Assembly (NCBI GenBank): GCA_002245135.1
Contig: NGBS01001183.1
Coordinates: forward strand, 62,001 to 101,193
Origin: Proteromonas lacertae
Taxonomy: Eukaryota
Length of the DNA stretch: 39,193 nt
Reading direction: 5' to 3'
Shown here: piece after piece, positions 1 through 9,222 of the stretch
Numbering within the stretch: the first letter of the stretch is position 1
How the letters are laid out: each line of letters begins with the position of its first letter
Notes under the pieces: model-generated
Told to the model about the DNA's origin: nothing
What the model saw: only the letters and a program-made list of their open reading frames with translations
Database searches by the model: none
Made by a program: the position numbers and the translations under genes

Positions 1-176
1 TATTAATGAAAGAAATTCACAAAATTTTGAATAGAATAATGAAGAAAGATATATGGAAAAATGAAAGAATAACAAGTGTTATTTTTCATTGTTTGGAAAA
101 AGATCATAATATATATAAAAGTGATTGTATAAATAATAACTATAAAATAAGATCTTATAATTATAACTATAGTTAG
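1..176 (+). CDS. 3' end of a gene entering the window (possibly another glycosyltransferase-like protein)
   Basis: Frame from nt 3 is open to TAG 174-176 (LMKEIHKILNRIMKKDIWKNERITSVIFHCLEKDHNIYKSDCINNNYKIRSYNYNYS*), ending 11 nt before the next ATG. Function is guessed from context only. Confidence 0.4.
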   Translation, partial: LMKEIHKILNRIMKKDIWKNERITSVIFHCLEKDHNIYKSDCINNNYKIRSYNYNYS

Positions 177-187
177 TTGATATAGAT

Positions 188-1177
188 ATGATACTATTAT
201 TTATTTCTTTATTATGCTGTATATTTTTCCCATTATGCTATGGATTATTTATTCAAACAGATCAAAAAAATGATTTTAGCTGGAAATATAAATTGAATAA
301 CATAAGTGTATGTTTGTTTTTACCAAGCGCAGTAGATGATTTTCCATTTGTACAAGGCATTATAAGTAGTGTTGATACATTTTGGCCTAAAGGAATAGGC
401 AAAAAGATACATTGGATTGACAATTTTAATGGAGTATTACCCTTTAATTACTCAAATGATTGGACAATAATTAGAGCATCAACACCTGATATAAAAGTGG
501 CAATAATGAAACAACAATACAATTCTTACTCTTCATATAAGTATTGCATACCTAACGAATTTATTGCTATGATCGACTCTGATTCACCTTTTATGTCTTA
601 TGCAAAATATAATATTTTATTTGATACAAATAGAAGACCGTTTATTCTATATACTTTGAAGTTTAGAGACTCAAGGTGGGATCCAAGGCAAATACTAAAG
701 TCAAATAATTCAGATTGGGGAGATGTTATGTTTACATATCCTATTATTGTTAAAACTAAACATGTAGAAGAGACATGGAATTACATTGAAAAAGTTCATA
801 ATTCAACATTAGTGAAATTAATGGAAGAGTATGTATTTGGGCAATTTGGTACATTTTTGGAGTATATACACATAATGAAGTATGAAAACCAATATTCGTT
901 GATAAATGCAGAAGAAAAACCCTTTCCAACTAGATGCACTATTCATTTACCTTATTCATATGTTCATGTTAATTTTGGGAAAATTCAGGGAATAAATGTT
1001 CTAAAACATATAGATGTAGTTCAAATGAATAAAGTGATTAATTATTTAATTGAACAAGGAATATGTGCTGAAAATAGAAAAAAATGTAAAAATTTTGATG
1101 AGAAGAAATTTAAAAAGAATTCTTATACAATTGAGACAAGATATAAAAACTATTATTCTAATTTAGTATCACAATAA
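188..1177 (+). CDS. Signal-anchored glycosyltransferase-like protein (GT-A type DxD)
   Basis: 329-aa intronless ORF with a hydrophobic N-terminus, FIAMIDSDSPF DxD motif and a C-terminal TIH. Confidence 0.6.
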   Translation: MILLFISLLCCIFFPLCYGLFIQTDQKNDFSWKYKLNNISVCLFLPSAVDDFPFVQGIISSVDTFWPKGIGKKIHWIDNFNGVLPFNYSNDWTIIRASTPDIKVAIMKQQYNSYSSYKYCIPNEFIAMIDSDSPFMSYAKYNILFDTNRRPFILYTLKFRDSRWDPRQILKSNNSDWGDVMFTYPIIVKTKHVEETWNYIEKVHNSTLVKLMEEYVFGQFGTFLEYIHIMKYENQYSLINAEEKPFPTRCTIHLPYSYVHVNFGKIQGINVLKHIDVVQMNKVINYLIEQGICAENRKKCKNFDEKKFKKNSYTIETRYKNYYSNLVSQ

Positions 1178-1222
1178 AGTGTTTTTTCTGATATGATTGT
1201 GTGTTAGTTAAGAATTTAGATA

Positions 1223-2932
1223 ATGTTATTTTCTGATTTTATATATTATTATTATGGATATAAGACACTTTTGAAATGTAATGAAGTTGATTTAATTGAA
1301 ACTGCTAAAAGAGAAGGAAGTATAATAGTATCTAATTCATATATAGAACTAAAAAATATTTGTTTTCAGTCTGTAAAATATAATCTAACGATAAGTGAGG
1401 GATTACAGAAATATATAGACAATGCGAAGAAGCTACTTAAAATGTATGATAATAAATTATATCATTCCAACATAATCAACATTACAAAACCTAAAAACAC
1501 TGTAATACATTATTTAGATGAGTTGTTCTTTAAGTATGAATCGATAGGTTTAAAAAATATTCATAAATGTGGATTTGTTTTAGTTGCTGGTGGAATAGGT
1601 GAAAGATTAAATAACAACGATATAAAAGTATCTTTACCTATAGATCAAATAAGTGGATATAGTTATTTAAGACTATATTTTCGATATATAATGTCATATC
1701 AAAATATATCAGGGAAAATAATATATGTATGTATAATGACATCTGAATCAACTGATCTTATGATAAAACACTATCTGGAAGAGAATAGTTATTTTGGATT
1801 GTCTTATTCACAATTATTATATGTTAAACAAAGTAATGTGCCATCGTTTCATGATAGAAATTGTAAGTTACATTATAAGAATGGTAAAATAATAGGTAAG
1901 CCTCATGGTCATGGAGATATACACATATTGTTATTGAAAGTATATGAGATGTTATTCATTCATAGAACAAAATTTTAAAAAAATGGATTGAAAAAGGTAT
2001 TAAGTATTTTATAATCTTTCAAGATACCAATTCTCTAGCTTACGAATCTGTACCGGCTTTGTTAGGTTGTAGTATAAACAATAATATTGATGTAAATTAC
2101 TTGATTGTAAAGAGATATGAAGGAGAAAAAGCTTCAATATTATGTTCTTGTGAAGATAATGAAAGAAAATATAATGTAAGAGCAATTGATTACTCATTAT
2201 TATCTGGATTATTAGGTGAAGATGTGAATAATAATAATGTAAATCAATCATATTATCCTGCTGCTAACGAATGTTATATGTTTCGACTTACTTAGTTACT
2301 TTAATACTCTAATAAAAACTGAAAAGGTTTTACCAGAATATATATTGTCAAGTAAATTTAATGAGTCTTTTAGACTGGAATCAGTGTTACAAGACTTTGC
2401 TATATTGACTGATGAGCGTGACAGGATTAGCAGTACATTTATGCCAAGATGGTTATGCTTTAATCCTGTAAAAGAAATATCAAATGTTAATGATTTTTAT
2501 ACTCCTGATGATGGTGAAAGAAAGGCAAATTTAAGAAGTAAAAAGAAATTCATTAAGCTTGGATGGAAAATAGGAGATAATATAGCAATACATATTGATC
2601 CAATAATTTGTTCAACAACTGAGATGATTAAAAGTCATTTTAATGGGATAATTGAAATTAATAATAACTCTAAATTAGTAATAGAAGGTAATGTATATAT
2701 CAACAATATATATTTGAATGGATCACTGACTATAAAAGTGAAAAGCGGAGGGATATTGAAAATGAAAAATTTGTTTATCAATAACAAAGGAATATCATAT
2801 GAAACTACTAATGAAGAATATTTTAAAAGGAAAGTAGTTACAAAAGGAGAATTAATATTAGAATATGGAGAAGGTACATATGAAGTGGATAAAATGTATT
2901 CAGTAGATTTAACTCTTAAATCTATGATGTGA
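1223..2932 (+). CDS. UDP-sugar pyrophosphorylase (USP-like), one 26-nt intron and one +1 frameshift
   Basis: Motifs GFVLVAGGIGERL, KPHGHGDIH, FQDTN, RLESVLQDF and FNPVK, plus a C-terminal beta-helix-like region. Intron 1940-1965 (GTATAT..CATAG) joins the ORFs in frame. The frame breaks at 2290-2296. Confidence 0.85.
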
Positions 2933-3019
2933 AGTTTAATTACATATAATATGTTATTTATGCTTTAGTATTATAGATAATATTCAATTGACTTATTTTG
3001 AAAAAGAATTGATTATATT

Positions 3020-3925
3020 ATGCGAAAGTATATCTATTGCTTTACTGTACTTATAATATTTGTCATCTTTTACAGAGCATATTATGGATTTGTTTATTTT
3101 AATTTTAAAGAGGATGTACACATTTATCAATATCTGTTTGTTACTTCATATTTTCACATTGATAATTACGGGAAACACAGTCTTCATGAATATAAAACAT
3201 GGATTGATAAATTCTTTAGCCTAATAAACAGCTCTCTTGTTATTTTTACAGATAATAATAGATCATCAACATCTTTTGTTCCTTCGTTTGTTAATGCGTA
3301 TAAATATGAATATAAATCAATATGGGATGTGAAATGTATTAAGAAATATAAAAATGATTATTTTGATCAACATAAAATAGATATAGAAAAATATCATCAT
3401 AATCCAGATATTTATGCTATATGGAATTGCAAAATATGTTTCTTACAAACTGCAGCAAATGATATACCTAGCAAACTATATATATGGATTGATATCGGGA
3501 CATTTAGAGATCCTATACCATTTAATTCAATTCCATCACTTAAAGCTATAAATATGTTGATGAGTTTTAAATCAATGTTTTTCTTTACTGTGTATAATCA
3601 ATCATTTTCATTGAAGAATAAAACAAATTTAGTAGTTAGAGACTGGATAGAAGGAACTTGTTTTGGAGGAACTAAAGAATCAATTCAACAATACTATAAA
3701 ATATTTTGGAAACTGCATGATTATTTTTTGAATAGAAAACAGTTCATTGGTAAAGATCAAACTTTATACAATACAATGGCATTATATATAACGAATGTGA
3801 CATTAATAAGAGTTCACAATCTAAACTTGTGTATGGGAAATAATTGGTGGAGATTTCAATGTTTTTTAGGTGGATTGAATTTAGATTTGCTAAAAAGAAT
3901 AAATATTAATGATTACATTATTTAA
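3020..3925 (+). CDS. HtrL/YibB-like (WlaTC/HtrL family) glycosyltransferase-like protein with N-terminal TM anchor
   Basis: FVTSYF, LVIFTD, IWNCKICF, YIWIDIG, IEGTCFGG and IGKDQ resemble HtrL-family motifs. Intronless. Confidence 0.6.
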   Translation: MRKYIYCFTVLIIFVIFYRAYYGFVYFNFKEDVHIYQYLFVTSYFHIDNYGKHSLHEYKTWIDKFFSLINSSLVIFTDNNRSSTSFVPSFVNAYKYEYKSIWDVKCIKKYKNDYFDQHKIDIEKYHHNPDIYAIWNCKICFLQTAANDIPSKLYIWIDIGTFRDPIPFNSIPSLKAINMLMSFKSMFFFTVYNQSFSLKNKTNLVVRDWIEGTCFGGTKESIQQYYKIFWKLHDYFLNRKQFIGKDQTLYNTMALYITNVTLIRVHNLNLCMGNNWWRFQCFLGGLNLDLLKRININDYII

Positions 3926-4218
3926 TAATTTACTATTTCCAAATCAAATTCACAAAAGTAAATTACTTATGTCAAATTGTGCATCAATTTATTTGTTAAT
4001 GTTTTGTAATTGTAAAATATGTTTAATAGGTAAAACTGTAAATATTTAGACTGAAAAAGAAAATAATAAAGCTTGAGAGCTTGATTTTAAAAAAGTATAT
4101 TTTTATGTAATGAAAAGAAATATTAAATCAAAAAACCATATTATGTGTATGGATCAAATATTATCTAGTAATTACACAGTAGAGATAGAAGGAATATATA
4201 TAATCGTCTAAAAGAGTC

Positions 4219-5111
4219 ATGTATTTAAAATTCAAATACATAGTATACATATATGTTTTACTTTTTTTGTTCATAATCATTTATATCTATAAATTTTCTA
4301 TTCAACAGATTACAAATAAAATCTTAGCAAACTCTCATAATAGTGGTTTTTATCTTTTTATTTTCAACTTCCATTGGATAAAATATGAAAGTTATGAATT
4401 TATTAGGGATATATATATCCCATATGTCAAAAAACATTTCATCACAAATGTAAATTTGTGTTTTATGGACCAAATGTTTCAGATAAATATCCAATAAGGT
4501 CAAACGGTTTAAATGAAGCAGGACATTATTCTTATTACACAATTGTTAAAGCCTTTTATCAGGAAAAGATAAATTACAATGGTTATTTTCTTCTTAATGA
4601 TGATAGTTTTTTTGATCCAATTGTGTATTATAAAAAAGGGTACAATTTAACAAAGCCGGTAATTGAAGGAATTGTTTTAGAAGAAAAACCATTATCTAAA
4701 TGGTTTTGGCCTGGAGTGATAAATTATAGAGGAATAACATTTAGACAAGCATATTTGAATATGCGTGAGAATGTATGTGAAAAGAAATCGTTATATGGGT
4801 CAAAGTATTCAAATTCAAGATTGTGCAAATTCAATATAAGAGTAAATATATGCGGATATGCCGATTTTATATATATTCCGCAAAAATATATTAAAGATTA
4901 TGTTTATCTATTAGATTTAGCATTTAGAGAAGGAATGTTTTTGGAAATTGCTTTAAATACTGTTGCATATATGTTTGACTATATAGAATTAGGTAAAAAG
5001 TGTTATTCTGTAAATGAAATAGGTAATTGTCCACATATTCATCCAGTAAAATATTCATTTTCAGAGAATAGAGAAAAGGTGAGGAAATATATAAATAAAA
5101 CTCTTTCATGA
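4219..5111 (+). CDS. Signal-anchored glycosyltransferase-like protein (STELLO/DUF288-associated-like), paralog A, frameshift near 4455
   Basis: ORFs 4219-4497 and 4458-5111 join after adding one base in AATTTGTG. The joined protein is colinear with 5108-5965 (IFNxHW, VFYGP, GYFxxNDD, ADFxYIP, GMFLE, HPVKYS). Confidence 0.65.
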
Positions 5112-5965
5112 TTGAATATTTGTCTTTTAGGAAATGTATAATTATTTTTTCATTTTTATTTGTAATTGTTGTGATTATAGTAAGAATTAATTTTACATAC
5201 AAATCTAAATCAAAAACATTTTTGGTAATTTTTAATTATCATTGGAATAATTATATCAGTTATCCATTCATTAATGATTATTATGTTCCTTATCTTAAAA
5301 AAACGTTAAAATATCCAATTGATGTTGTATTTTATGGACCTGAAGAATCGAAGATATTTCCTATAAAAAGTAACTTTTTGACACAGAATGGATGGTATTC
5401 GTATTATACACTATGCGTAGCATACAAAAGCAGAAATAAAGATTATGATGGGTATTTCTTTATTAACGATGATGGATTCTTTGATCCATATTTATTTTAC
5501 CAAAAATTCAACTTAAGTTATCCAGTGTTAGATGAATTACAAGTGAAAGAGATTAATGGAACTTGGAATTGGAAAGATTTTCGTAGTTATACTAATATTA
5601 CATTTCATAATGCATCAGATAGATTTATAAACTATGTTTGTAATATTAGCAAATATAAAGATAACAGAATATGTAAATTTCCCAATAATTTGCTGCTAAC
5701 AGGTTTAGCTGATTTCTTTTATATTCCATCAAAGTTTATAAAAGAATATGTAATACTATTAGAAAAAGCATATAGAATAGGTATGTTTCTTGAAATGGCA
5801 GTTTATTCTGTAGCTTATATGTTTGATTATGTAGAAATGGAAAAGAAGTGTTTTTCTGCTGATTTATTGGGAAAGTGTATTTTTGTTCATCCTGTGAAAT
5901 ACTCGAATTTTGAAAATCAGAAAAAATCTAAATTGTATATTGATAAAACTATATCTTGTAATTAA
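5108..5965 (+). CDS. Signal-anchored glycosyltransferase-like protein (STELLO/DUF288-associated-like), paralog B
   Basis: 285-aa ORF with an N-terminal TM segment, GYFFINDD, ADFFYIP, FLEMAV and HPVKYS. Tandem paralog of the upstream gene. Confidence 0.7.
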   Translation: MIEYLSFRKCIIIFSFLFVIVVIIVRINFTYKSKSKTFLVIFNYHWNNYISYPFINDYYVPYLKKTLKYPIDVVFYGPEESKIFPIKSNFLTQNGWYSYYTLCVAYKSRNKDYDGYFFINDDGFFDPYLFYQKFNLSYPVLDELQVKEINGTWNWKDFRSYTNITFHNASDRFINYVCNISKYKDNRICKFPNNLLLTGLADFFYIPSKFIKEYVILLEKAYRIGMFLEMAVYSVAYMFDYVEMEKKCFSADLLGKCIFVHPVKYSNFENQKKSKLYIDKTISCN

Positions 5966-7169
5966 CAATACTATTAATTACTTTTTTCGATTTATTTAAT
6001 ATGCTATTTTCTATTCTACTTAAATTATTTTTCACTAATATTGAATCTGGACAGTGTTGCTTTGTACCTTCATTGAAATGCCTTGTGTGTCTTGTAAAAG
6101 CAATGTCAGATGAAAGATATTCTGATAAAACATAACGATTTGAAATTGAATTGTGTATTTCTGTTGCTACAAAAGCACTAGTATTCAACATTATATACTT
6201 ATGAACAAAACCATCTTTTGTAGGACAATAACTCTTTATGGAAAATATATCTACGTCTGGTAAAACAATTGTTGTATTTTTGTCTAATTTATCAGGAAGA
6301 TCATATTCTGTTTTATAAAAGAATGAATGTAAATAATAAAACTCTCGTTTAGGAATTGATTGAACTAATTCATCGTAGTTATTAGCTTTTACAGGCCATA
6401 AGATTTCATCTAAATCTAAGAATAACATGTGATTTGTTTCAGTTTTATACTCATTAAAGCAATGATTTAGTTTAAATTGAATGAGATGATATGATTCTCC
6501 ATCTCTTTTACTTTCTTTTTCTTTAAGAAAACTATCTAGTTTAAATTTATAAATATCTGCAATTCCTAAATTGCTATAATATCTTAATATCTGTTTCACT
6601 CTTTCAGAAGAAGAATGATAATAGAATACCATCTTAGTTACTCCAAAATGTATATTAGACTCTATTAATTCTACTAACATTAAAGGTCTATCAAAATTTG
6701 ACATTACTGCGTAACAAGAAACAAATCTATGCCTTTTATCTCTTTTGGATATTGGAACAGTGATAGTAAAATTATTTAAAACTAAACTCTTTGGAGTTTC
6801 ATTATTTTTGACAGAAATTTCCATTAAATTAAAAATTGATCCACCATGATATACGAAGGTTGGATTGCACTTCTCTTCATATGAATTATATTTCACAATA
6901 CATTTATTAAATACTATATTATTATCGGAAGAGAATACACAAACTTTTATCTTATTCTCATAATCAACATATTGAACAGATGTTATATACCTCCTATCAT
7001 CAAATTTGTAAGTATTCAATTCTCTCATAAAGTCTATATTATCTTCATATTGATTATATTTAAATATAGAAAATGATATAACAATAAATATAATAATTAT
7101 ACTAATATTAATTATTTTCATAGCATTATAATTATAGCTTATATACTCCTCTTTCATAGTAAGTGTCAA
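5949..7169 (-). CDS. Glycosyltransferase family 92 (DUF23)-like; likely start at 7121 (MKIINI)
   Basis: TM anchor, LVELIE..HFGVTKMVFY, Q..LNHC and MLFLDLDEILWP are typical GT92 motifs. Confidence 0.75.
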   Translation of the reverse strand: MTLTMKEEYISYNYNAMKIINISIIIIFIVISFSIFKYNQYEDNIDFMRELNTYKFDDRRYITSVQYVDYENKIKVCVFSSDNNIVFNKCIVKYNSYEEKCNPTFVYHGGSIFNLMEISVKNNETPKSLVLNNFTITVPISKRDKRHRFVSCYAVMSNFDRPLMLVELIESNIHFGVTKMVFYYHSSSERVKQILRYYSNLGIADIYKFKLDSFLKEKESKRDGESYHLIQFKLNHCFNEYKTETNHMLFLDLDEILWPVKANNYDELVQSIPKREFYYLHSFFYKTEYDLPDKLDKNTTIVLPDVDIFSIKSYCPTKDGFVHKYIMLNTSAFVATEIHNSISNRYVLSEYLSSDIAFTRHTRHFNEGTKQHCPDSILVKNNLSRIENSILNKSKKVINSIVNYKI

Positions 7170-8997
7170 TCCTACATTTATGAGGTTTTATATTTCCTTT
7201 ATGATAAGCTTCTGTGTAGTTTACATGAAATTGATTAAGAAATTTTTCACTTAGTATTTTGGTAAAGAATAAGCTTAAATGATTAATATCCTTATATATT
7301 GGCATAGAATACTTCATAAAGTAACACATCTTTTCATTTTCACATATATATTTATTCATATCAACATACCTAATTCTTTTATTCTTAATAATAGGTAACT
7401 TATTTATTGTACAATTAATACCAACAATACTATAACACTTTTCAATACTGCTATTCTTAGAATATAAGCAAGTTGAAGGATCAATAGTATGTTGAGGTGT
7501 ATCTTGAATAATATAAATGATATTTGTATAATTCAATAACATATTCATATATTTACAGAATATTTCTTTATACTTTTCAGAAATAAATTCTATTACCAAA
7601 TAAGATACAACAATATATGAGATGTGGTGAAACTGGTTTAAAAACTTAGTCAAATCATTCAAATTTCTATTAAATATATGATATTCTCTATGGTATAATT
7701 GAACAGGAACATAATTATTCTTCATGGCATATGGTATAATAGAATTATACCATTGTTCTCCATGTGAATCTGTCAATAATAATATTATTTTTTCTTCATT
7801 AATTTGACTTAAAACAGTTTTATCCAAAAAAGGACAGATACTATTATCCATCATTTCAACTTGTTTACTCCACTCATCATAAATGTCATTTGAACTGTAT
7901 TTCAATACCTTCATTCCTACTTTGAAATTAGAGATGTTGTTATTATTTCTTTTTATTAATAATATCAAAAGAACAAGTAATGAAAAATGAATAATTAAAA
8001 TGACAATTAACTGTTGATTTATTCTATTCAATTTATTTCTTATCGGAATTTCATAAAATTTAGTAATAAGAAAAGAAATGATACATGTAAATAGAAAACA
8101 GAACAGTATAGCATTTGATTCATTTTTCAATTCTTTCATATAATAAATGACAATATAATGAAATAAATAGAAAGAATATGATATATTTCCTAATTGTATA
8201 AATATTCTGGATGAATATATAAATCCATTTTCCTCACAACTTAATATTAAAGTAAAAAATAATATAGGAATAACTGAAAATGATGGTGTTATTCGTTCAA
8301 TATTCTTTAGAAAAAATAATGATATAGAAATAACTATTAATATGTTACTGTGTATATTCTTTACATTTACTAAAGGATATAATTTCATTACAATTATTCC
8401 CATTAAAAACTCCCATATTCTAGACATTGTGGAAAAATAAGAGTATGGATTATTAACAATACATAAATAAACAGAATAACAGAAACTACAGACAATAGTC
8501 AGCATAAGAATTGATGAAAACCTAATTAGAGTTTTAAAAACTAATGGAAATACTAGATAGAATTGATCTTCTACAGACAATGACCAATAATGTAATACAA
8601 TTGATTTCTTTTCATTTTGAGATAAATAATCCGTTGATGAAAAAATGAACCTATAATTTGATAATGATAAATCAGAAAATAAAATATCCATATATAATTT
8701 GTTTCTATACAACATATTCATTTTATTAATTATAAAAATCGAAGATAATAATACAATGAATGATACTGGTATTAATCTTATAACTCTATGAAAATAATAC
8801 ATCACACAATTTGTATTTTTACTTTTCAATGATCTACAATTTACATACCCAGATATAAGAAAAAAAATATCTACTCCTATAAACCCAGAGTGTAAATATT
8901 CATAATTATAATGATAAATAAAAACAGCTATAAGAGAAATACCTCTTATAACTTGAATGTCATTTCTGAATTTAGCCATAATACTATTTTGCAGCAT
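7132..8997 (-). CDS. OafA/YrhL-type O-acyltransferase (Acyl_transf_3 membrane domain + C-terminal SGNH domain)
   Basis: RNDIQVIRGI, VFIYH, GFIGVDIFFLISGY, LHYWSLSVEDQFYL, SRIWEF, GNISYSFYLFH; SGNH motifs DSH and YKDINHLS. Confidence 0.9.
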   Translation of the reverse strand: MLQNSIMAKFRNDIQVIRGISLIAVFIYHYNYEYLHSGFIGVDIFFLISGYVNCRSLKSKNTNCVMYYFHRVIRLIPVSFIVLLSSIFIINKMNMLYRNKLYMDILFSDLSLSNYRFIFSSTDYLSQNEKKSIVLHYWSLSVEDQFYLVFPLVFKTLIRFSSILMLTIVCSFCYSVYLCIVNNPYSYFSTMSRIWEFLMGIIVMKLYPLVNVKNIHSNILIVISISLFFLKNIERITPSFSVIPILFFTLILSCEENGFIYSSRIFIQLGNISYSFYLFHYIVIYYMKELKNESNAILFCFLFTCIISFLITKFYEIPIRNKLNRINQQLIVILIIHFSLLVLLILLIKRNNNNISNFKVGMKVLKYSSNDIYDEWSKQVEMMDNSICPFLDKTVLSQINEEKIILLLTDSHGEQWYNSIIPYAMKNNYVPVQLYHREYHIFNRNLNDLTKFLNQFHHISYIVVSYLVIEFISEKYKEIFCKYMNMLLNYTNIIYIIQDTPQHTIDPSTCLYSKNSSIEKCYSIVGINCTINKLPIIKNKRIRYVDMNKYICENEKMCYFMKYSMPIYKDINHLSLFFTKILSEKFLNQFHVNYTEAYHKGNIKPHKCRIDTYYERGVYKL

Positions 8998-9222
8998 TGA
9001 TGAAAATATTTGGTTTATTCACTATTTTTATTTTACATCCTTCTCTTCTTACATTTATTTAAGCTTATGTGTATTAATGTCAAACTGGTTAGAATAATAT
9101 TTTATATACACATTTCATCACCACCTTTATCAAAAGTACATTGCATTCCTCTTATTTCATTAGAAAAAATAAATAATTATCAAGCTTCGGGCTTGAAGAA
9201 TTATATTTTTAAATACAATTTT

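Noticed and set aside
4451..4460. Programmed -1 frameshift or pseudogene in STELLO-like paralog A
   Set aside because: One base missing in a T run restores colinearity with paralog B; a homopolymer error is the simplest explanation.
8372..8380. ATATCCTTT on the minus strand inside the acyltransferase as a second U12 donor
   Set aside because: It lies in an uninterrupted ORF (LYPLV); no intron is needed and I saw no matching branch/AC.
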